DNA of 64,000 nt from Amoebophrya sp. A120 (lineage: Eukaryota > Protista > Dinoflagellata). The DNA lies in NCBI GenBank assembly GCA_905178155.1, contig CAJINV010000001.1, positions 1,166,606 to 1,230,605 on the forward strand. Reading direction: 5' to 3'. Positions 13,909-24,381 of the stretch are shown in pieces; within the stretch, counting starts at the first letter, position 1, and each line of letters opens with the position of its first letter. A program made the translations under genes and the position numbers. The notes beneath the pieces are model-generated. The model saw only the letters and a program-made list of their open reading frames with translations, did not search any database and was not told the origin of the DNA.

Positions 13909-16900
13909 ATGCCCGAGCAGAACGACTTCAGCGGGCTGAAGCGGTCCGCCGCCGCGGCGGACAACGTGACCACAGAAGCGTCGGGCAGCGCGGCGGCCGC
14001 GGATGCGAAGAAGCGGCGGCTGAGCGCGGCCGCGTCTCCAGGCCTTGTTCCCGAGCCCCCGCGATTCTACCACGGAAAGGGGAGCCGGCAGGCGAAGGTA
14101 ACGGACGAAAAAACGGGGAAGCAGAACCTGGTCAAGACCGAGGGGCAGATCGCCGCGTTGCTGCAGGGCGACCGGCTCGTGCTAACGGGGTGGTTTGGAA
14201 ACGAACAGGGGCTGCCGGAAAAACGGTTCGCGGTGCATGCGAGGAAGGACCCGGCTTGTGTGAATGAGTACAAGGTCGAAGACATGGGCGATCTCACGAG
14301 CTTTTTCGAACAGAGAGCCGGTGCAGAACCGCGCCGTTTCAAGATCGTCGAGAAACACGGCCTGCAGATAAATGGCAAGGGTACGCTGCCGGCGCCGCTC
14401 GGGGACGTGCAGTTTCGGCTGCAGGCCCGGTTGAAGACGACGAAGCACGATCCAAATGCGAGTGCCCGCCGTGAGTACGCCGCGCGGGGCGAGCGGTTGC
14501 GGGCGTTCGTGAGCAAGGAAATATTGACGGCTGGCGACAGGAGCGCGGCGACCGGGAAAGCGGCGCGCGCCTTGCTGAACGTCGCGAATCAGGTGCGCAC
14601 GATCTTACCGAGGGAGAGCTCGGCTTCGGGGATGGTCCCGCATACAGCCACATTCCCGGCGCAAGCAGGGGCTGTGCCGACCACGAACAGCAGCAGCAGC
14701 TCCTCGTCTTCATCGAGTTCGTCTAGTAACAGCGCAAACCACGCCGCAGGAGGAGTACTTCGAGCGGCACAGCCCAAGAGCAGCAGTTGTGTCGCCCCAC
14801 CTGCAACTCCACTTCTACCCGAACAAGCCGTAGAGGCAGAGCGACGGATTTGCGTCATCGGAGCGACGGGAACAGGCAAGTCGAGTTTAGTCAACGCACT
14901 CCTGTGCGAGCAGCTAGCAGTGAGCGCCGGCACAGGCGCGGCCGTGACATCCGTGCCTACCGAGTTTTTCTACAAGGCACGCAACGCGAACAAGGCACTC
15001 AACCAGCGGGAGTTCAACGGCGGGCGTGACGTGCTCGGCGCACTAATTTACGAGCGGGGCGCCCTGCCGGTAGACGAGCGCCCGGCACCTTGCTTCGAGG
15101 TGAGCCTGAAGTTCTTAGATTTCCGGCAGACTGCGGCACTCGTGGAGAACGCGATCGACGAGCTTTTTGAGTGGAACGTGACCAAAACGGAGAAAGACCG
15201 CGAACACATGCCGGTGATGCGTCTGCTTTTTGGGCCGAGATTTAAGGACCAGTGCGAGTGGGCACGGAACGTCGACGAAAGCAGCAGAGACGATGCCGTA
15301 GAACGGCGACGACGGGCTCTGCAAGACTTGGCGAAACAGGAATTGATGAGGTGCGTAGCGGAAACACGCGCTCAACAGCGGCGTGAGGAGCAGCAGCGGA
15401 TGCAGTTGCAGGGACGCAGCGGCGTCCTCCCACCCCCACCATCCAATTTTGGACCTCTTGCTACAGTACTGCAACTTGCCAAGAGCCCGCCACCAGCTGC
15501 AGCATCCCTCATCGGCACGGTGCTCACCAGCAGTGTCTACTGCCTCGACACGCTGCGGCGTCTGCAGGACAAGTACTGGCGCATTTTGGAGAATGTTGCC
15601 ATCGGGGGGGAGTTTCCGCTGCTGGACCTGCCGGGCTGCAAGCTCCGGCTTGTGGACGTCCCAGGGTTCGGAGACGAGAACGGGCTACGCGAGCGGATTG
15701 CGGAGAAATACCTTCACAAAGCGGACAAGATCATCATCTGCGCCGGGTCGGCGCGCGCGGGGAGCGACAGGCAAACGAAGGAATATCTCCAGAAGGTACT
15801 TTTGTAAAGGCAAAGCTGTATTCTGAGAGGCCGTTTTCTTCCTTGTGAACGGCGAAGATAGCCTGCCAGTGCTCTATAGATGAGGGGCTAGGTGTCGTGT
15901 TTGCGCTGGCGCTCGAAGCCGATCGGGTCATTTGTTTATACGTTTTTCATGATTCTGTGATCAAAGTTTCACTGTGCATGTGCAAGACATTGGCACAGAA
16001 GGATTCGATGATGATTTGCGCCATTTTCGCAGCGTCGATTTATGTTTTGCTCCAAGTCCAAATCCACTTACCATTAAAACAACCACCAGGACGCCGTGCA
16101 GCACCTGCAGATGAAGAACGTGGGGCGCAGCACGACGATTTTCGTGGCCACCAAGAGCGACCAGGTTCCCGAGAACGAGCTTCAGGAGTTGGACGACCTT
16201 GAGGACGACGTGAGCCTCCTGCGGGGCCTTTACCGCGACAGCGTTGCGAAGAACGTGCGCCGCATATCAAAAGGAAAAATCCCCCCTCCCCATATCAAAA
16301 CGGAAATCTGTGATGCAGATTTGTTGTCACAAATCAGCTTTGTCATGCTACACGGGAAAAGATGCGGACTGTAGTGCTGGGTGGCGTGGGGAAGCCTTGC
16401 ATCTTCAGCATGATAGGAGGCATCTGAGAGTGGGAAACAGCATGATAAATTGCCTGTAAACGAGGCCACGGCTGCGGCTCTTGGCCTTCTAGCATGACAA
16501 GTCGATTTGTGACCTCAAATACAGCATCACAAATTTCGTTTTCGATATGGGGAGGGGGGATTTTTCCTTTCGATACCGCATGCTGACGGACTTCAAATAC
16601 GGAACGGACATTATCAAATGTAAAAATGTCTGGGTCTGGAAGAATGCAACTTGTAATGCGTATTTCAGAACACAGAAAAGTCTCTCATGCATACGTAGCA
16701 AAAGCTCCCACTTTTTGTCAGCGAAATAGGGGACTTGTCATGCGGATTCGGCATTGCGGAAGGTTCTCGAAACCTGTGATGCTAGAGCTTCCATGCCAGA
16801 CCTTCTGTGTCATGCAAAAACAGCATGACTCTTCCAGACCCAGACATTTTTACAATCCATAGACATCCCCGTCCACGTGATAAGTTCCGAAAAGTACGCC

Positions 16901-18727
16901 GCTTTGGCGGACCTGTCCACCAACAGCAAGGAGGGCTTCACCTTCGCCGACACGGGGGTCCCGACGTTGTCGACCTCGGTGTTCAACGAGCTCTGGCAGG
17001 ACGTCAACACGCCGACGCACCAGCGGCTGCGCGAGCTCTTCCTCTACTGCCAGGAGCGGATTGTCGCACTGGAGAAGGGGGGGCCGAGCAGCGACGGCGA
17101 CGCGGTGTCGGATGCGAGCGACTTGGCGGATGCCGTGCGGCAGGTGTACGAGGACGTAGCGGCGAAGATCCGGAAGAACGACCTGCGGCTGATGGACGTG
17201 CTGAAGGATCTGGAAAGGGAAATCCTCGGGCTGCAGGAGTGGATGAAGAAAGCCGCCGCCGCGGCGGACCGCGCGGCGCCGGGGTGCGTCGCGGAGTGGG
17301 GGCGGCTGCACTGGGGCACCTACGCCGCCACCCTGCGGAAGGGCGGGGAACACAGCGGCAAGACCACGTGCGACTTCCACTCGGACTTGTTTCGCCAGTT
17401 CCGGGACACGCTGCAAGACGAAGGGTGGTCGGAGTTCTTCGGGAAGTGGCAGGCACAGTATGAGAGTGCACAACTCCCCCTCGTGGTTCCCCTCATTTGT
17501 AATGCAAAAATGCCAAAATAACCTGCCTGAGCCTTTTGGCTGTACTTGCATGACAAGTTCTGGAAGTAGCGCAAACTGCACTGTACTCCGTGCGTGGATT
17601 TGTGATGCAGAGACTGCATTTTTGTTGAGGAGGTTTCTGTTGCTAGAAATGCACTCCAAATGAGGGGGAGGGGGAGTTGTGCACTCTCATACGCAGCTGC
17701 AGAAGTTTGACCAGATCTGCAAGGAGATTTGGGACGTGATAACGGAAGAGATCATCAAGCACGTGCGGGCTGAGGAGAGCCCGGTTTCCTCGCTAACTAC
17801 AGAGGAGCAGCGGACCAGCATTGCCGCGGAGATCGGGAAGCGGGGGCGGGCCGTGGATGTGCGCACGGTGCTGACGCCGATGCTGGATCCGCTGCGGCGG
17901 AAGATCGAGGCCGTGCAGGACGAGCTAGACGGGCCGAAGGAGAACCTGAAGGACCGTTATTCCAGCGAGTACAGCACGATCGGACACGGCGAGTCCGGCA
18001 CCGGCAGCCACGCCCGGCGGAAAAATCGGGTGGGGACGCTCCTTAACAACGGCTGTCAAATGGAGGAAAACATTCGGGACCTGCTGCGGAGCGCGGGCAA
18101 GGCGCAGGACGACTGCGCGCGGCTGTCACCACAGGTCACGGACGTGTTGTGGGCGCAGGCGAAAAAATACCTCAGTCGGGGATCGTGGGGAGGTACTTTT
18201 TTAAGTAGGGTTAATATTTGCGGTGATTTCTATTTATGCATTTTAGATCGTCGCTGCAGGTGCGTGCTTCCGCGCGTGCCGCGTTTTGTGTTTTGCGTCA
18301 GGTTTATTTTCTTGTACGCTTCAGCAGGGTCGTCTCTGCTAAAGCATGACGAAACGATGACGATCGGACGATTCGGAACTCATTTTTACACAAAACAAAA
18401 ACTTGACTTTCAGTTGACCTGAGCCACTGCGCGATTTGCTTGGAGGGCGGGGACCGTAAGCCGTTTTCCTTGATTTTCCACTGTCAGCACGCGTTCCACA
18501 CCGAGTGCCTGAGGGAGCACATGCAGCGGAACGGCAAGACCTGTCCGACTTGTCGCGGGCCGGTGGAGGAGAACCTACTGGAAGTGGTTGCGGTGAAAGA
18601 GACGGAGGAAGATCCGGAGGTGGCAAAGCGGGCACTGCAGTTGATCCGGCAGGTTGCCGAGCAAGCGCGGAGCCTGTTAGAACAGCGCGGAATCAAGGTA
18701 ACGGATGAAGCTGCCGCATTGTCGTGA
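13909..18727 (+). CDS. Dynamin-superfamily (SLIP-GC-like) P-loop GTPase with C-terminal RING-H2 finger
   Basis: G1 GATGTGKSS, G2 region AVTSVPTE, G3 LVDVPGFGD, G4 VATKSD; RING CAIC...CQHAFHTEC...CPTCR; GT-AG introns 15796-16089 and 18193-18413 plus three introners. Confidence 0.8.
16265..16575. mobile_element. Introner, family C
   Basis: DR CCGCA/CCGCA. Confidence 0.92.
16612..16861. mobile_element. Introner, family A
   Basis: DR GACAT/GACAT. Confidence 0.92.
17459..17691. mobile_element. Introner, family G (TIR TATGAGAGTGCACAACTCCCC)
   Basis: Near-perfect TIR of >20 bp; DR CACAG/CGCAG. Confidence 0.9.
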
Positions 18728-19282
18728 GCGTGACGGTGACGGATGCAGAAGGCCTTTAGCGGCAGTAGACTAAAGCGTTCTTGGGTGATTGAGTGATAGT
18801 CGAGCACGAGTATCTACGTATTCGGCTCTCGCAGAAAGGGACAGCAAGAAACATGATTGAGTGTAGGCTTGGCCGCCAGTTCCCCTGCGCTTTTGGCTTT
18901 GCAGTCGGGAAAGATGTCCGCGCAGGCTTATTTTTCGTGTTGAGATAATTGAAGCCATCAGCTGCGGATTGGGGTGTTCAGATATGTAAATCGGTCCGTC
19001 ATAGACAGTGCCGCAAATAGTACGGCGCATTTCATTACCGCCCTGAGTGAGCAGTTGTGCTCGTGTTTTATAGTAGTCGAGGATCGAAAAACTTTCCGGC
19101 ATTCTCAGGACGCCGAGTCTCGTTCAGTTTGCTTTTGACGAGGGAGTGCACAAAGAAACCAAGCCAAGCTTCTCTTGCGTGTCGCGTCATGTGAAATGCT
19201 CATGTGTCAAATAAAATTCAGAAGGAAATCGAAATAGTTTCGCCGGCAGGAGGCGAGTATACCCTACATACTGCATTACAAG

Positions 19283-20204
19283 ATGCCGCGTTGGATGGCA
19301 CATTCCCGGCGTTGTGTTTTTCTTTTCGGCGTCCTCGTCTTTGGCGGCGTGGCACGCGCAGCGGACAGCGCAACTGCAGAGCCGTCGGCTAGTTCCGCGA
19401 TGGAACAAATGTTCACGAAAATTAAACAAAGCACAGGTATCGACTATCAGTCGAACATGGAAAAGAATTTTCTCATACAGTACGACATCAAGAAGAAGGA
19501 GGCGGAAGGGGAGGTAGTTATAAATTTTGCATAGTTTAGTTTTTTGTCCCAGTCCAGTGAAGCTAAGCGTAGTGCATACCAGTGGAGCAAAATGCAGCGA
19601 AGAAGACGCTGGCGGGTTGACTGTGCTTCTGAGCGGATTGGCGCTGTACACCGGCTCGGGGAAACGCGGCAGGAGACGGATAGCACCGGGCACGGTGGCG
19701 GAGCGAACGCGCCGAAGCTGAGACTGACTGTGGCGCGCAGGCGGCGCTACGGGTGGTGGGGACGCAGGAGGAGCGGGCAAGCGGTGGCGTTGCTGTGTTT
19801 GGTCACGTCTGCGCGGTCAGAAAAAACGTCTGTTGAAGACGGTCCCGCAGGTCCGCGCCCGGTTTCCAGATCCCTGCGGGTCACCCAGCGCCATGGGAGC
19901 AGACGAGCAGACCCGAGGAGACGGGCTGCAGTACCAGGCGGCGAAGATGTTGCTCATCGTCCGCGACTATACCCGCGCGGCTCCGGAGGCGAAAATCCTC
20001 TCGCCCGCGCAGGGCAAAATCCGCAACACCAAGGAGATGAAGTGGAAGCGGGCTCCGATGCTTGGAAAGAACGCGGCAGGCGAAGCGCGAAGTACTACCG
20101 CGCCATGTGGGGGCGGACTCGCGAGCCCCGCCGCAAACTACGGCTCCCGGGGCCTCGCCACGCCAAGGAGCCTCTCGGGCGCGGGAAGCAACCCAATGAA
20201 TTAG
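19283..20204 (+). CDS. Hypothetical protein with signal-peptide-like N terminus (exons 19283-19513, 19851-20204)
   Basis: CVFLFGVLVFGGVARA hydrophobic leader; phase-compatible GT-AG intron 19514-19850. Confidence 0.5.
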
Positions 20205-21706
20205 CGTCGCCGCGATGCGGGAGGCGGCCAAGGTCTGCGACCACCCCGACAGGCACCTGGCTGAGCATTTCCTGCGTGGCATGAAGGCAGCTGGGAATCT
20301 CGGCCGCGAATGGGTGTGGCAAGTGAATCCGGTGATGGCCGAAATAGGTTGCCAGGGAGTTCAGGACCTCTGCAGACGCGGCTGACGTCACCGAGCGCGC
20401 GGAGCCGACCGGGCGGGGCCCGAAGCTTTTGTGAGGGTCGCTCGGTTGTATGGGTGACATTCATGAGCACCAAATGGCCCTACAAGACAGTGGGGCGCAG
20501 GAACTTGGTCCCGCAATCCAGCCCGTCTTCCCCGAAATAGGGAACCAGCAAAACCAGGCCGGCAGTAGATTATCGTGCGCGACATAGACAGGGCTGCGAA
20601 AGCACCGCGGAGCTGCTCGCGCTAAGTAATCGAAATGACCCCCTGGCAGGGGGCCACCTGCAACGCCGCCTGCCGGGCGGCGCAGCGGTCCAAGGAATTG
20701 GAGGCGTGCTTTTGGTACGTATAGATACTGCGGTACGCCCGCCTGCCCGGCGGATGATATTCCGCGAAAGAACCTCCTTCCCCGTCTCCTACAGTCCTGG
20801 CGCCCAGCATAGCACCAGGAGCACCACGCGGGCCCCTCGGTCCACAAATTTGTCAAGCGGCAGCTGCTCACTACGCTGCTGCCGGAGGACGTGGCACTGG
20901 ACCCCACACACACGTCGATCAGGACAAATGTGGGGAGCGCGCGCGCTTTTGGGGTTTTCGGCGAGGCCGGACCGTAGCAGGCGGGCGGCAGCGCGGCAAA
21001 GTTTGTCTTTTCCTGCATGTGAGCGTAGCCCTACTGGGCGCCTCGCCAGTGATGAAAGTAGTCTCGTGCGAATCGATTGCGAACGAGAAACGAAAGGACC
21101 CGCAAGACAGCCTGCGCGCTAGTACTTGTTTGGTTGTTCGCGCGGATTCCTGCTCTCGTTTTTGTCGCGGTGGCAAGATCTCATGATGAGAACAGACACA
21201 GATCAGCATTATTGCCCAAATTTAATCCCACATCAATAGTTGGTCGAGGACAATGTGAAGGCGGTGGCGGGGCTACTGGTAAATGGGCCAGTAAAACCAG
21301 AAGACATTGCGGCGGCGACGAAATACATGCACGCGTACTTGTTGGCTGCGACGGAAGCGGAAGAAGAAACCGACTTACCATTGGCGAGACTGAATATCCA
21401 GCGCAATTATGCCTAGGGGCTAGGGCAAAGTGCCGCGGCTGGAGCAATATCTGGCTGCCAACTGATGCAAAAGTAAGAGCTTGCGTGACCCAGCATGTTG
21501 CAATTTTTCATGAAAATAAAGTTGCGACGCATTGCGTTCTTCATGCAAACTCGCACTCGCAGGCACAGTCTTACTTAGGGCTGATCAATATGACTGCCGC
21601 AAAGAAGCTGGCGTAGAACCTGGCGAAGAAGCTGGCGTGGAAGCTGTTGGCGAGTATGTATCTGAGATTTGTTTGAGGTCCTAACGCCATAGGTATATTT
21701 GCGCAG

Positions 21707-23502
21707 GATACTGCATGCACTGCTCAAGGCAAAGGGGCCGGAGGAACGTCAAGGGGGCTCCGACAAGTGGGACGTGCCCGACAGCAAGGGAAATCCCGGC
21801 CGCGATGCGCTGATCTGCTTCGTCGATTGGGTGTTCGACGAGGTGAAGGCTACGGAGGCTACGGAATTCGGCGTGGATAGGGAGATTCTCAAGGAAAATG
21901 CGGAGAAAATAGCAGGAGAGGCAAAAACAGTGTTCCGTACGGGTGAGACACGGTACAACTTCGGCAACATGGTGACTCAAACATGGGCGCTCGGATATGG
22001 CTCGTCGATAAACGACGAGCTCGCTGATGCAAGGAAGTTGGTTGACAAGGTGAAATCTCAACTATTCAAAAAAAGTTCAACGCTTAGAAAAATAATTATA
22101 TCAACTATTGAAAATGAAAATAAAAACTACTTCCATCTACTAGTGAAATTCATTCAGTGGGTTTCTAGAGGAATCTGGAAGCAAGTATCAACGCCAGGTC
22201 GCTGCTTGCATGTGCTTCGGTCGCAGCATTCTTGCAGTGCAGACAGCGCATCCACATCCCCGGCTTTCATGCCATCAAAAATCGCACGGATTTTGTCATC
22301 CGGGATCGCAAAGATGATCCCGAACATTGAATGTTGGAAATCGTTGAGGTCCAAACGTTGGCTTTGAAACGTTGAGACTTTACCTTGACAACCTAGGCCG
22401 TCCCTCCGTGCCTCTGATCCTGATTCTGATTCTGATTCTGATTCTGATTCTTCTGCTCTCCAAGTCGCAATCGACGAGGGGTCAAGCACGTTGCAGCTGC
22501 CCGGCCGAGCTGCCGACTCAATATTCGCACAGCCACCCACCTCTTCCCGTGATCAAGCTTCACACGACGATACCACAGCCGCGACTCCTTTGACTACGCC
22601 GCATGCGACATCGACGTTGAGCGAAAATTCTCGTGGACTGCAAGGGGATGGCAGGGGCACCGTATCGGCGCAAACTGCCGATGTTTCGGCGACTCTCTGG
22701 GAAGTCGAAGTGAGTTCCGGGAAAGGTGATCAACCAGCGAAAGTGAGATCCGGTACTGTGCCGGCAAAGTCGACCGGGGAGTCCAGCGTGCTCTCATCTG
22801 CAGAACACGGCCAACCGTCAATATCGGCCACGACCTTGCATGCAGCCTCAGGGGAGAAAGCTGCGGTGCCGACTGAACAAGGGACTGCTGATGTGGCTCA
22901 GCTGCAGGTGCAGCGAGCGCAAGAAACGAGCAACGGGCAACCAGTTCATGCTCCCCAGGAAGAAAATGCTGCGTCAGGAGAAACACATGCCCGTGAATGA
23001 CATTGCCAACACAGGCAGCGGTCCGTGGCCGACTATGACGACACACGTTTTCGCACATGTCACTTCCGTGACGTCTTCGTTGGTTGACACCTACCCATTC
23101 GTTTCCGTTTTGATACTCGGCGTGTTCTGTGGATCGATGCTCTTTCTCGTTCAGTGGATTTGCTGCAACCGCGTGCAAGGCCTGGCTGCTGGTGCTGAGG
23201 CGCCTTTCTCCACGTCCGCAGCGCGTACCGGCATTTTCGAGTCGGCGAGCTGGTTCTCGTTTTGGTGGTGTCGTTGCTGCGGCCGCAAAACGACCAAGGG
23301 CGAGAAGATCACGTGTGGCGGGAAGAAGGATCGGCGGTCAGCTGCAGCCGGTGGGGACGACGATGCTGTTGCCGGAAATGACATCGAGCGCGGGCAGCGG
23401 ACCAAGTTGCGCTGCTCTGGCGAAGAAGGGCAGGCGTGGAGTGGTTACGGAACCATCGAGAACGCGGACGCGAACTGCACCACGGGCGGAGCGAAGGTCT
23501 AG
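21707..23502 (+). CDS. Hypothetical protein(s); exon structure unresolved; Ser/Thr-rich region then a TM segment
   Basis: Coding-like exon 21707-22049, SD-repeat/mucin-like ORF to 23000, TM-like FVSVLILGVFCGSMLFLVQWICC in ORF 22840-23502. Confidence 0.4.
22412..22451 (+). repeat. (TCTGAT)n hexamer microsatellite, would encode (SD)n
   Basis: About six tandem TCTGAT-type units, in frame with ORF 22491-23000. Confidence 0.85.
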
Positions 23503-24381
23503 TTGAGAGAAGCACTGCCTGTGCCTTCTCTGGTTCAGCTCACCGAGAGGTCAGCAGTTTCGACGGAATTATTATTTTGATGATCGCTACATCAGATTCA
23601 GACAAGTTGAATTTCAATTCGAATTGAAATCCTTTTACGATGACCCATTAAACCTAGATTGTTAAGAAGCGTTTACTAAGAATACTGTCTCCTATAATAG
23701 ATTTTTTTCATCAGTTTGTTTGCAAATCGTATCAATTGGTTTCTTAAAGAACAAGTTCAAACGCCCATCGACAGTTCGTCATGACATGCCTGGCAGAGAG
23801 TTCCAAGAACTCGTTGTAGTAAGTACTTACAATCAGGACCAGGCGTCCTCTCACTGCTAGAGGAATGTTTCCGCCAATGAATTGCACATCATATAACATG
23901 CGAAAATGCCCCTGTATACATCGAGGAAAAAACCATAATCGAAACAAGAGCATGCTTGCTGTCCTAGTCTCCTCTACGGGTACCTCTGCGCTGTTTTAGT
24001 CTGAGTGTTTGTGTTTCCGCTTTTGCACCGGAGGAGTTCGTGCACATGCCAGTCGGGGACTTCGCTAACACCATTTTTGGTACTTTTGCCTAGCACCTGA
24101 GTGAACAATAAAACGAGGGAGTCATTCGTGCGAACAGGCAGAGACCTTTGTAAAGGATCTTGATCATGCGAACGTATGTTTTCTGTATGGCACCACTGGG
24201 CGTAATCGATGAACAACACACCTGTGCTTTCTCAGGTCTCCCCTTACGTTTTCCTTTTCGATTTTCTCTCGTGGCAGAAAACACGTCTGCGCAATAGTTC
24301 TTTTGTGTACGACCTTTTCGGTAATTACTTAATTTATTTGATACGCATTATGTTGCATCAACATCTTCCAGCATAGGCACC

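Noticed and set aside
20205-21700. GC-rich stretch with overlapping ORFs on both strands
   Set aside because: No motif or consistent exon chain could be supported; 21077-21616 may hold a first exon of the downstream gene but this is not demonstrable.
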